Shown here piece by piece: positions 13,801-26,220 of a stretch of DNA of 64,000 bases. Source of the DNA: Rhina ancylostomus (taxonomy: Eukaryota); contig JARFYF010000061.1 of the NCBI GenBank assembly GCA_030265395.1, positions 18,754,257 to 18,818,256 of the forward strand, read 5' to 3'. The notes beneath the pieces were generated by a model that saw nothing but the letters and a program-made list of their open reading frames with translations, had not been told where the DNA came from and did no database searches. Within the stretch, counting starts at the first letter, position 1, and every line of letters begins with the position of its first letter. Position numbers and translations under genes: made by a program.

Positions 13801-15044
13801 CTTATTTCATCCACGTTAATTAAAATTAACTTTACATTATCCATCAAAAGTTAAAATCCTTACACAGATTTGTAATGTGGAACATAGAAGAACATTAGCA
13901 TTGCAGCAAATATTATCGGTTCAAGTCAGTGCCAAAGTTGAAGCAAGCTAATTATTTTCTTCCAGATATTGTTGTCAACTAGTTAACCTCATCTCACTTA
14001 GGCTGGGTGAAATTGGCCATCTCATAATTTTTTTCGGAGCTGTACTGAAGGGCTAGCAGCAGTCGTGTTGCTTTTCTTTTGTAATATTTATAATCAATTA
14101 TGTGGCAATTTCATCATTAGATCATTAGAATATGTCTGTGTGTGGCATGCATAAAATGTGACATTTTGGGAATACTGATTTAATCAATATTGGCATATTT
14201 CTGAGCTCATTGTTTAAAGTTCCAGGACAGCAATCACATAAAGAAACACTAGGTGGGAGAGGGTTAATGAGGAGGAGAATAATTGTTCCTTCAAGGGAGT
14301 TACCTAGAGTAGCAATTTTTGTCAATCACAACACATGATGGGAAAACATTGCTTCCACTAGGAAGAGTACTTAGCAGAGCTAATGAGGAGGAAGAAAGCT
14401 TCTTCTCTCCGGAGAGTCAACTAAGATAGTTTTATGGAGTTAGGGAAGATAGTATCTCTGGTCAGTGCTGGCGGGAAGACTCAGGAGGGAAGCATTTACT
14501 CCAATAGATGGTGTAATAAGATAATCAGTCCTGACAGTCAGGAANNNNNNNNNNNNNNNNNNNNNNNNNNNNNNNNNNNNNNNNNNNNNNNNNNNNNNNN
14601 NNNNNNNNNNNNNNNNNNNNNNNNNNNNNNNNNNNNNNNNNNNNNNNNNNNNNNNNNNNNNNNNNNNNNNNNNNNNNNNNNNNNNNNNNNNNNNNNNNNN
14701 NNNNNNNNNNNNNNNNNNNNNNNNNNNNNNNNNNNNNNNNNNNNNNNNNNNNNNNNNNNNNNNNNNNNNNNNNNNNNNNNNNNNNNNNNNNNNNNNNNNN
14801 NNNNNNNNNNNNNNNNNNNNNNNNNNNNNNNNNNNNNNNNNNNNNNNNNNNNNNNNNNNNNNNNNNNNNNNNNNNNNNNNNNNNNNNNNNNNNNNNNNNT
14901 AACAGCCACAATGGTGATTCCATTTTGTCTAAGACTGTAAAGATTATCTATTACCATCAAATGGTTACTCCCATTTGCTCAAAGAGATGCTGTGTAGAAT
15001 GTCTTTCTTATGCATGTCTAAGAAAGAAAAAAAGTGGTACAATA

Positions 15045-15280
15045 CAGCACGGTAGTGTAGCAGTTAGCGCGATGCTATCACAGTGCCAGCGATCGGTGTT
15101 TGATTCCTGTTGCTGTCTGTAAGGAGTTTGTACATTCTCCCGTCTGCGTGGGTTTCCTCTGGGTGCTCTGGTTTCCTCCCACATTTCAAAGATGTATGGG
15201 TAGGTTAGTGTAGGTTTAAATTGGGCGGTGTGGACTCTTTAGGCTGAAAGGCTGTTACCATGCTGTAAATAAAATGAAAA
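15045..15280 (+). mobile_element. tRNA-derived SINE (V-SINE/HE1-like)
   Basis: A-box-like ggtagtgtagcagtta, B-box-like gtttgattcc, central ggagtttgtacattctccc..gggtttcctctgggtgctctggtttcctcccaca (V-domain-like), A-rich end. Confidence 0.85.
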
Positions 15281-15819
15281 TTTTGCCAATTAGGGAAATA
15301 TTACAACTTTACCAAAAACGATTTGATGATATTCAATGCACAACCTATGAATAGCTTTGGTCATATTAAGTGAATAATTTAGTATCTTCACAAAATGCAG
15401 ACAATTGAACAAAATACAACAATCAAAAATTTGTCACTAACATCAGCCACAATAACCAACAAATGTATGCATTAAAATTGCTGCTAATGCCATTTAAATT
15501 GTTGGCCTTATTATCATGTAGAGATAAATATGGCCAAAGTTTGAATAGTTTGAATCCTTTTTTCTTGATTATGCTTTGATCTGAGTTTTAAAATTTAATT
15601 GTTTGGTGGCGTAATGCATGCCTTTTACTAAAGGACAATGGGTAATGTTGATTTTAGACCACAGTGTGAAATATGGGTATGTCTTCTCTATCAGAGGAAG
15701 AGTCAAACTACCAAAGGAGATTGCTTTTCACTGAAAACAGAAAACTCTGGAAAGGCACAGCAGGCCAGTTCAACCCATTACTGAGCTGCATAATAACTTG
15801 GACAGATTTGGAATCTCCT

Positions 15820-16550
15820 TAACCTTGGATGGTATCCTGGGCCCAACCATTTTAAGATATTTCATCAATAACCTTCTCTTCATGATGAGGTCAGAGCAAG
15901 GATCTTTGATGATGATTGTGCAATATTCAATTCCATTCACAGGACCTCTATTTCTGTATGCAATATATCATGCAAGAGTTGGGAAGACAAGCAGCAAGCA
16001 ATGAGCCTCTCCAGCAACAGAGTTCACCCATCCCTCCTTGGTACTCTAGTTGTGCTGCTGTGGAGTCTTCTACTTTAATCATCCTGTGGATGTAATTTAA
16101 CTGGACTAGGCACATCATCACTGAGGCAACATGGAGGGTTAGATATTTTGCAATGAGTGACTAACCTCCATCCACCCAAAATACTTCCCATCATCAGCAA
16201 GGATCAATTCAGGAATGTTATAAAAAATTCTCCACTTGCCTCCCAGCCTTCCAACAATACCAAAGCAGGTCACAAATTATACAATCTGGAAAGACAAGGG
16301 TAGCATGCAAGTAGTAGATACATGGTAAAAGGTACAAGTGACAACTTCTCTAAGATACACACCATCCTGATTTGGAAATATACTGCTTTTCCTTCCACAT
16401 CACGAGGTCAAAGCCCTGTAACTGTAGTTAACAGCTGAATGGGAGTATCTTCACCACTAGGGCTGCAACAATTCAAGCAACCACTTTCTTTGGGACAATG
16501 AGGAATGAATGAATGTGAAAAAACGCACACATCTTGTGCATGAATAAAAA
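15820..16550 (+). mobile_element. Degenerate CR1-group LINE fragment
   Basis: Translation GILGPTILRYFINNL followed by frameshifted FDDDC resembles the RT motif GSVLGP.LF..FINDL..FADD; decayed downstream. Confidence 0.65.
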
Positions 16551-16669
16551 GAAACCAGCTAAGTATACAACCATCAATAAAGCACAAGGATGTCTTTAGG
16601 GAACTGACTGGTTTCCCTTGCTATCAATGTCAACTTAAGGCAGTTGCAGGATGGGTGCAAGACTGTGCC

Positions 16670-16929
16670 TGTCACAATATTGATCGAGAGCAAACTCAGA
16701 ACCCAAATGCAGCACACCGATACAAGACTGGAGTCAGGATACTTCCTCAGGACAAANNNNNNNNNNNNNNNNNNNNNNNNNNNNNNNNNNNNNNNNNNNN
16801 NNNNNNNNNNNNNNNNNNNNNNNNNNNNNNNNNNNNNNNNNNNNNNNNNNNNNNNNGCATGGAATCCATGTGCTGGACAACAAGGCATTAATGGAGCCAA
16901 ACTGAGGGCCAGAACTCAGAACCATGACA
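16670..16929 (-). mobile_element. Probable solo LTR (Gypsy-type), interrupted by a gap
   Basis: Termini TGTCA...TGACA, flanks gtgcc/gtgca (4 of 5 match), and 16670-16756 is the reverse complement of 20476-20566. Strand inferred from typical fish Gypsy LTR ends. Confidence 0.6.
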
Positions 16930-19483
16930 GTGCAATTAGTTTTGAGATTCAGCTGTGAGCTGAAAACAACTTTGATGACTAGTTGCAGAATGGTCTGGAT
17001 CTTTCACTGAAATAATTCACAATTGCCTCCCTGCTAAATCTATTCTCACCTGGAACTGGTCCCTGGCACAGTCTTCCACAGGTGAGCTAGCCTGGAGCTA
17101 CTCACTGAAGACAGTGCAGGATCTTTCCACACATCACTGCTATCAAAAGGTGGGACCTGAAATTCCTTGACATCCAACTAAGACATGCCCCACCGACTTC
17201 ACATCTGCAACTGGTCAAATATATTGTACATTTGAGACAAATGTTCACAAATGTTTAATAATCATCTAAAATATAAAACATACTCTTAAAAATGTACAAA
17301 ATAATTAAAAGTTCTAAAAGTAAAGAAGAGAGAAGTCAGATCAATAGATAACTGGAAATCAATCAAGAACAATTCAATATATTTAAATCAACCCAATCAA
17401 ATATATAAAAACATTTCATCCACCCTTCTTCCTTGTAGTTGTTCCTTACTGTCCAAAGTAATGGGCACAGTGTTTTTCTGTTAAGTTAAACCTGGCATAG
17501 TAATAGTGTGCAGATCTCCCACTTTAAGTATCTGTGGAAATTTCCCCTCATGTGATGGGTTCCATAACAAAGTGTAGAGATCTTCCCATGTTGAGCAGCT
17601 GAGGTGAAACCGGAGCTACTGTATTTCCATGGGAATCCCTAGGTCGTACTTGTAAAGATCTACAATTCCAGGCAGAATTGCTGTCATTTTTTTCATAAGA
17701 AGCTCTATGACTGTGTAATGGATTGGCTTAATTTTTGGATATCTGTCAAAAGTATCTGGCACACCCTGTGCACATATTATTATTGCAGTCTTTCAATGCA
17801 GATTTGTTATTAAAATCCCTTTCAGAGTCCATTTCTCCATTTCAACCATCCTAACCTTGGAGTCCCTTTTAATCTGACAAATGTCATGCAGTTTGTTGAG
17901 TTACCCACTCTTAAAAAGTGAACAGCCATGCAGACAAGAGCAGATCAGAGAAATGACTACTTTTTTAGGTTCTTACTATTGTGTTAACGTTCCTAGATAA
18001 ATGACTTGATTCAAAACTATAAAAAAACTCTTCTAAAATTGAACCTTGTTATATATAAGCTAGTAAAATTGTCAAAATGTAACAAAAATGGAAATCAACA
18101 AATTTGGAGCAGGATAGGACAGTGTGTTGAGGTAAATGAAAGAAGTGAAAAGGGACTTGTATAAATTTTACGAGACAGGTTTGAAGGGATTAAAGCATAA
18201 GCCTAAAGGTCAGTGCTGCTCATGTGTGACTGTACTCAAAGAGGATAATGACTGAGGAATTCACAACTAAACTAGGTGTGCTTTGTTATATTTAGGATAG
18301 ATGTGGCTGCCTAAGGTCCAGTTCAAATAGTACAAAGTATTTTTATAGACTAATAATAAACTGTGACTGTGACAAATTCCCTTTGTACTCTTTTGATCTC
18401 TCACTGAATCTACCTAATTGCTTAACCTTATACAAGATAGGGTACAAGTAAACTAATGCAGTGAAATTATTGATTTTTATGGATTGAGACATTTTAATGC
18501 AGTCTCATTTTGGGGGCAATAATATTTCAGCAACAGAACATACAGCAATACATATTAACATTTAGAAACTAAGCACAAAGTCATGGTTCAAACATTATGG
18601 AGATTCTGCCACATTTGTGTTCAGAAAATAACTTGGGTCATGTTTTGAAAGGCTGGGGAATTAAGCATATGAGAGAATTAAAAGGGTATCTACAATTTAT
18701 TCAAGTCCCTTACATCTTTCACATCCAACAAATTCTTGCATGACAAATCTCCCCTTATAAAATTGTTTGTGCTCATACTCAAGTGTAAATATTATCCACA
18801 TATCAGTACTTGAAAATAGTCAGTGGTTCAATATAACAGCAAAAGTCCCATATTAAACAAAATAAAGCTTAGACAAAAGGGCAACCTTCTTGCTATGGCC
18901 TACCCCTACACAGGCAGCTGGTTCTGTCCATTTCTCCAGTGAACCATTTGTAGTGCAGTTGGTCACATGCTACAATTCTTGAAGAGAGATACATCAATTG
19001 CATGAGCCACACATTTTACATCTCTCCTTTGACAATGAAATACAAACATGAAAAATAACTGCCCAGTGTCTGCACTCTATCTTGTCATGAAATCTGCTAG
19101 ATACTTGGGATGATGAAGTGTCCTTCTACAGGTGGTCCAAACTGGTTGCAGTTCTTTTGGGGCCGATAGAGTTCTCATTCCTCATGGTTAGTCCTGGATC
19201 ATTCAATATTTCCACATATGCTTTGTTAGAGTGAGAGCCCACCCAATACCACAATGCATCCTTCATGTGACTCATGCATCTTAACTTCCTGTTATGGTGG
19301 CTGTTCCTCCCATAAGGAGTTCTCTCAGCTGTCATAACCTCATATGATCTGGGATGTGATGTGTGTTGAGTCGTCACTGCCTCTGTCATGCCTGGTGTCA
19401 GTCTGGGGTGGGCTTCATGCTCAGCGTGTCTCTCTAACTATGAGCAGTGGTATACACTTATCAAATAGCCTCCTCAGTCTTTG

Positions 19484-20190
19484 AGAAGAAACACAAGACT
19501 GCAGATGCTGGAATCTAGATGAAAAAACAACAGGATGCTGGAGGAACTCAGCAGACCAGGCAGCATCCATGGAGAAAACAAATGGTCAACTTTTCAGGTT
19601 AGGACCTTTACCTGATAGGAAAAGGTGAAGCCGAATATATAGGGGGAAGAAACAGAGCAGAGATAGGTGGACAAAAGAGGGGAGGCAGGGGAGGCAGGGT
19701 GGGCACAAGGTGGTTATAGGTCGATGCAGGTAAGATATAGTGATAGGCAGATGTGGGGGAAGAGGGGAGAGCAGATCCACCAGGGATGGGTCAAAGGTAA
19801 GGAGGCAGGTGCCCCATAAGGGGAGAGGAAGAGAGAAAAAAAAGTGAGGAGAAAAAAGAGGCTAGGAAAGGGAAGAAAAGAAGAGGCATGGTGGGGTGGG
19901 GGTATTTGGTTCCTCCTCACCTTCCTCCATAACTTTGACCCATTGCTTGGTGGATCTGCTCCTCCTTCCTCCCTATCACTATCTCTTACCTATCACTACC
20001 TTGTCCCCACCCTGCTTCCCCTCTTTTCTCCACCTATCACTGCTTTGTTTTCCCCCTCTATATATTGGGCTTCACCTTTTCCTATCTTCAGTCCTGAAGG
20101 AGGGTCCTGATCCGGAACATTGACCATCTGTTTTTCTCCATGGATGCTGCCTGGCCTGCTGAGTTCCTCCAGCATCCTGTTGTCATTTCA
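19484..20190. mobile_element. Penelope-like non-autonomous element with long inverted arms and a hammerhead-like motif
   Basis: About 19520-19811 is an imperfect reverse complement of about 19918-20190. Flanks tcctcagtctttg (19471-19483) and tcctcaacctttg (20191-20203) match at 11 of 13. Hammerhead-like motif at 20089-20125. Confidence 0.75.
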
Positions 20191-20377
20191 TCCTCAACCT
20201 TTGGTGTTGGTGGCTGAGAGATTGGAAAATGCTTCATCATCATATTGATTGTCTCATGCTCAATATTCTCTGCATGTNNNNNNNNNNNNNNNNNNNNNNN
20301 NNNNNNNNNNNNNNNNNNNNNNNNNNNNNNNNNNNNNNNNNNNNNNNNNNNNNNNNNNNNNNNNNNNNNNNNNNNNN

Positions 20378-20566
20378 AGCAGTCCTGTGTTCTCTATTCC
20401 TTTGTGAAGATCCAGTTTGTGTTGGGATTCCTCTTCTGATCTCTGAGGCAAGATCCCTTCCAGTTACTGCCTGTGTTTGTCCTGAGGAAGTATCCTGACT
20501 CCAGTCTTGTATCAGTGTACTGGATTTGGGTTCTCTGTGAGTTTGCTCTGGATGAACATTGTGACA
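20378..20566 (+). mobile_element. Second copy of the LTR-like element (3' part; remainder probably in the gap)
   Basis: tttgtcctgaggaagtatcctgactccagtcttgtatc is an exact reverse complement of part of the 16670 copy; ends in TGACA. Confidence 0.6.
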
Positions 20567-20869
20567 GATCTCTGTGTACATGTACAATTCTTTCTTATAT
20601 GTGATTGGGAGACTTTTCCAATCAAACTCACTGTAAGTAGCTTCTTCTAAATTTACTTCCTGTAGTGTTATTGTTCTGAGACTCTTGGATTGTGACAGTT
20701 CCTTATCATCAAAGTATCATAACACATGACCTGCTGTGATTATCTCCTAATTTTTTTTTTAACTACTTGCTGGTGAGAGTCCAACCAACACCATTATGCA
20801 ACCTTTATCATCAGCTGTCTGAGTAACTCACACATCCCACTCAGACAAAGCAAAAGCTTACTCATATAG

Positions 20870-21320
20870 CTGATTAACACCACAAAGCATTGCATTCCTC
20901 AAAATCTGTTGGGTTGGGTATCTGCTTCACTCTCTTGACTTTTGCTGGATCTGGCCATAGACCATTTCTGGTGTTAAAACCACACATGATAAAGATGCCC
21001 TTCAATCTGAACTTTTTCTCATTCAGCTTCAGCTGCTTCTCCCTACAAGTGCTCAACAGGGTTCTTAGCTTTCTGCCTTGTTCAAGGTTTCTGCTTCTCC
21101 AAAGATCAATATATCTTCTGCTGTGGTCTTTTCCCATCTGAGTCCTCCAAATCCAGTAATTCTCCACTGAAATTCCTCTGGTGTAGTGTGGATTCCAAAT
21201 GGCATTTTTCTCTCATGGTATTTACAAAGTGGTACATTGAAACAGGCTAAATGTGAGCCCTCCTCATCAAATTCTGCATGTGAGAACCCATTCTCTCTAT
21301 CCTGTGCACTGAAAATGTTT
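20870..21320 (-). mobile_element. Degenerate Gypsy/Ty3 LTR-retrotransposon reverse transcriptase fragment
   Basis: Minus strand: IFSAQDRENGFSHAEFDEEGSHLACFNVPLCKYHERKMPFGIHTTPEEFQ, then LRTLLSTCREKQLKLNEKK..NGLWPDPAKVKRVKQIPNPTD. Both are typical Gypsy RT segments. Confidence 0.85.
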
Positions 21321-22989
21321 TGTTCTATTCAGGTCTGAAAAAGCATTAGTTCAATTCTCATTGAAGGGCCTCCTAAAAATGCAACCTGATTTTCAAACAC
21401 CTCATGAAACTAAGTAATTCCTCTTGTGTTTAATTGGAATTATTTTTAAAAGATTACCCCAACTTTAAGCTGCTCTGGGCCTCCTTCTGTTTTGAATAGA
21501 TTTTTATAGTGAAGTCACAAAAAATGGAATGGTTTCACTGATTACAGATTCATAGAAATGCTGTTCCTGATGTGTGTGAATGCTGGTTAAATTAATTGAA
21601 ACTTTAAATGTTCATACTTAAAGAGCTCAGTGGTTTTCTTTAGCACTGTTTACTCTAGCTTAAGCTAAGTTTAAGTATGTCTGCATTCTAAAAAGACTTG
21701 AAGGATACTTTGGTGTAATTTCTAAAATAATGGTAATATTTCAGGCTAAGGTTCCAGGATGGCTTTAAGAGAAGTTCCATGCTCATGCTTAAATATACAT
21801 CAGCCATATTATACTGGAGCAAATCAAGCAACAACAGAACTATTGCTGCCACATCATTTTGGAAACATCAATGGAGAACTCTATTAACCTTGGTCACCAC
21901 AAGATTAACATGGTGGAACTATTTTTAATGAGAAGTACTAGTAGATCTTTGCATTCTTACTAGATTATAAAGAATATTATTACTCCCTTCTCCAGAAGGG
22001 TTTAAGTGGCATATCCACAAACATTTTGACCTGGGAATATTTCAAACCTGTTTAGGCCTTCAGAGTTTTCATTATTGATGAGTGAGGGCACTGTTAACAT
22101 TTGCAAAAATATTGAATTCTGCTCTTATAACTATTGCAGCATCATATCAAATCTGTATACATTTAGCAAAAGAATAAGTACATAGTAATATGCAAGTAGC
22201 AGTACACTTAGGTTGTAAGAATGACATTGATAGAGTCTATCATCAGAAGAGGTAAAGTATATTGTCAGGTACAGAAGAGTGTGGCTGGAAGAATATAATA
22301 AGTTTCAGTTTGACTTCTGTGATAAGATAAAACTTGTGTTAGGCCACCAGTTGACAATAGTTTACTTCCCCACTTCCAACTGCTAGAGTAGTGTTAACTC
22401 CTCAAGACCTGGTTTTGAGGGGCAAAATTCAATGCTATGTTGCAGATGTACCTCCTCACTGAGTGAGTGGTAGGCAAATCAGAAAGTGCAAATCAGAAAG
22501 AACTCTTTCCAAAGAGAACTATATAGATATTTTGTTATGATTTATAGTTAACATAACATATACTTTTGGCGATAGGTTGACTTTCACTCAGTGGTTACCA
22601 AATCTCTCTAAAAGTGGGGTTTCTTACACTCATGTCTGGGTCTGGTGTTTTCCAACTGATAAAGCTCAACTGATAATTAGCCAACTATTACAATTTTTCT
22701 GCTTCGGGCATGACTAGAATAATGGAAGGTGAACCTAATGGGCCGCATTGTTGACTTATCCAGCAATTTCAATAACATTACAGCAGATAATTCAATAATT
22801 AAATTTCCTCTTACAAGTAGCAATGCAAAACTACTGTGCAGGTAAGTAGTGCTCAAAGTGAAACTCTTGAGCTTCTCTGCTCCTGATCTGAACATATTAT
22901 ACAGAGAGAAACAGCAACAAACTACAGCCTTAGTAATCCTTATGCTCCTAGAGAACTGGTAAATGTCAACCCTCGCACCAAGTGGGAGA

Positions 22990-23160
22990 AGAGAAGGCCA
23001 TTTAGCCCTTTATGCCTGTATCAGCTCTTCCAAAGGACTATCCAAAGATTTCCAAAGCCAATAACCTTTTCCTTTTCCTGTGTATTCAATTCCCTTTTGA
23101 ATCCGTTCTGATCTGCTTTGCACCATATTTTCAGACTAAGGACTCCAAATTATTACATCT
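22990..23160 (-). mobile_element. Old CR1-like LINE 3' remnant
   Basis: gaaggccatttagccc...ttcaattcccttttgaa resembles the reverse complement of the CR1 3' ends at 30500-30700 and 50670-50875. Confidence 0.45.
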
Positions 23161-24249
23161 GTAACATTGCTTCAAACTTAATTCCTTTCTTGATCTGCCT
23201 TTTGTTGGAGAAATTACTGTTTGTAATTGCCAAACCACAAAACTGAATTTTATAATTAATGACAGCTTGCTACTGCTGTACAGCATACACAAATGGATAG
23301 ATCATTGTCCAAGTCTGTGTAGGATTTTTTCTGCAGTAGACTAGTGATTGCTTGCTCCTCAAATTAGATGAGTAGTCATACTGTGAATGGCTGAATTATT
23401 AGCAAAGGGAGCAGAATTGTAGTGACAGTGAAGAGAATTGTAAGTGTTGAAGCTGATCATCCATCTATTATAATAGCACAATGCTTTAGTTCCTATGACT
23501 ATTCTCAACAGTCAATGTTTCAAATCTGTTAAGGGAAAATGCAATATTATGTATTTTATCATCTAGTCAAAAATGAGAACAGTCATTAGCAAACACCAAA
23601 GCTCTCCACTGACTTATACTATTGCTATTACTATATACTATTGAACTGGAACCTTGCAAAAAAATGTACTTTCTGATAATAAGCTACACATTCAGTTTGC
23701 AGCAATCTGATAACTATACTGAGGCACAAAAGCCTAGAACATAGACAACATAGCACCCACTTTTTGAATAAAAATAGTGCTAAATTCAATTTTGCCTGAA
23801 GTAGATGCTTCTGGCTGAAGCCATACCAATCAGAAAATTCGATTGAACATCTCTGTCCATGATCCATGTGAATGTGCTTGACTTTTCCCAGGGTCAGACA
23901 TGCACTGGTTGATGTCATTATTTGTAATGCCTGTTTTCGAGCTTGAAGCTCCACATTAGAATTGTAATGGGGCAGTCATTACCATGAGATGCATTACACT
24001 AGTATGTTGTATTTCTTGCTATTTAAAGGGATGTCTTGGCAATATCAGCAGACAAAGGGCTGATTGGACTTTTTCTAATGTGCAGCAATTAACAGGGAGC
24101 ATTTTCTTCAGCAAATCTGTCAAGATGCTTGTTCAATGGATGCTTCATGGTGTACACTGCTGGAAGAGTCATTATTGGAGGTGGCAATGTGGCCTTGGCT
24201 GGTGAGAGATAGGGTCCCTTAGAGAGGAGGGACAAATACTTCTATCAGT

Positions 24250-24557
24250 GAAGAGACTATTCTCACATTGCGTCTTGGTCTCTCTGATAAGTGATATATC
24301 CACATGCTCAGGTTTTCCAATTATGTCATCACTGAGATACCCAACATTCTGGGGAAAACCTTCAATCACACTCTCACTTCAAAACTTCTCATCACTGATA
24401 AGGTGGGGGAACCCAGATGATGCATTGAAGTCCCTCACATTCTGCTTTGCAGATCCATCAACACTGACTACAGCACATGAATGAATGAATCTCTGCAACA
24501 ATTTGTGAAATAGCTTGCTACAACATCTCTGAATGTCCTTATGAGTGGCACCTCACA
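24250..24557 (-). mobile_element. Possible Harbinger/PIF nuclease relic
   Basis: Minus-strand FRDVVASYFTNCCRDSFI resembles the HARBI1-type V.A.YPGS.HDSFI motif; heavily decayed. Confidence 0.35.
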
Positions 24558-24559
24558 CA

Positions 24560-24722
24560 AAGTCAAAGTCGAGGTACATGTATGCACAGGTGCAATGAAA
24601 ATCTTACTTGTAGCAGCATCATAGGCATTTAGCATCATATAAGTAGCATTCATAAGAAAAACATAAACTATACACAATTTGTACAAGAAAGGACACAATT
24701 AGAACAAAAATAAACAAAGTTC
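24560..24722 (-). mobile_element. 3' UTR remnant of a Rex1/Babar-like LINE
   Basis: gtacatgtatgcacaggtgcaatgaaaatcttacttgtagcagcatca is close to 43743-43790, which continues into Rex1-like coding sequence. Confidence 0.65.
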
Positions 24723-25699
24723 AAGGATTTCCACTCTTCTAGTGCAAAAATTGTGTTAACCACTACAAAATATAATGTTTGGACATGACATTTCCTTCGT
24801 GTTTCTGTTTTCCAGGAGGAGGAAACTAATGTTGTGAGATCCTGCCAGGCTCTTGAATGGTAGGTTTGATAGGTTGCCTAGTGTCCCCAGAGCATGGAAC
24901 CTTCTTCCCGCATGTATTTAATTGGCTAGGACTTACATGTCTCTTTGAATAAATACGGGAGCTGTCTTCTTCTCCCCTGCAGCCTCTGTGTGATTTGCTG
25001 CTATCAGGCTGCCATGGGAAGTGTACTGTACAGCAGAGTGTTGGGAGATAAGCAAAACTGAGTGAGGTCCCATTGCAAATCATCAGATCCTCTTAGAATT
25101 TGTAAGCCACCCAAAAGTTTTCTCAAACTTCACTTTGACCAATAATTCTGAACCTGACTTAAGTGTTAGTGTAAAACCCTGCATGTTTTAGCATGCCAAA
25201 AGTAGGTGAACTACAATTTCCAGGCAAAATATTTCTTCCATGTCCTGAGGTACAAAAATTACTCAACCAACGAACCATCATGCTATTCTATACATTGAAT
25301 AAACCTTCACTTTGCATTTGGCACATTAATTTAAACCTTACTATTTGATACTAGATCCACCTTTACTGAATAAACCAATAAACCCTCAGTCATTAAGGGC
25401 TGACAGCATCATAGTAACAATTATTGTTCGCAACCATTATTACACATTCCTTTCTTTACTGCTTCCCTTATTTTTGCAAAAAAAACATTAATGCTTTTAA
25501 CCAAACAATAGGTCTTCATAGTCTTTATAATCTATGCAGTGGTGCTGTTGTTACTTGTTCAGAACTTACTCCTACATCTGTTGAATTTGTATTTTCCACC
25601 TTTGCCGCATTGTCTCTCAGAAGGTATTGCCTGTTGTTTCTTCTTGAACAATTGTGGAATCCACTCCAGCAACATTTTCGATCTGGCAGCTTTCCCTGC

Positions 25700-26220
25700 T
25701 GTTTTTCCAACAACTGAACTGGAAGTAAGTGGTCTAACATGGACTTTTTCATATTTCACACCAAATATTATGAGAAATCTTGGCACCGCTGATATTCAAA
25801 GATATCTCAGTGCACAACCTGAACCTCTTGCTCCTTGCAGTTTTTATTTTGATTCTTACCTTGTGAATTGTCTTCACCTGCCTTTACTTCCAAATTAGAA
25901 TGAACAAGACTCAACCATGTCTTTAGTCTCCTGAGAATTTCATCCGGAGTGCATTTTGAGGAATTTATCTTGTTCAATATTTTTGAAAAAATTGAGTCAT
26001 TTTGCATAGCTCTAGCTATTTCCAGGGATAGGAAACCTGCCTTCTGCCATCTATAAAGTATCAATTTTACTTCCCATGTTCGTTCCTAAGGTATTTTTAA
26101 CAAGGTGTAAGCAACAGGTTTTTCAATGCAACTCTCCATTCTGTGACTTATCACTGCCCTAACTCCACATTCAGTTACATTGCAAGAATGTTTTAGTATC
26201 CATTTGGTATTGTACTGCTG
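25700..26220 (-). mobile_element. Degenerate Gypsy pol: RNase H N-terminus and integrase C-terminus
   Basis: 26220-26100 reads QYNTKWILKHSCNVTECGVRAVISHRMESCIEKPVAYT (cf. HYDP..L.LACDAS.YGVGAVISH...EKPIAY). 25950-25900 reads TPDEILRRLKTWLSLVH (cf. SPAELL.RRLRT.L.L.H), followed by frameshifted KVHV/DHLL. Confidence 0.75.

Noticed and set aside
26170-26220. Retroviral protease-like QMDT..SCNV motif
   Set aside because: Requires a frameshift; another frame gives a longer uninterrupted RNase H match.
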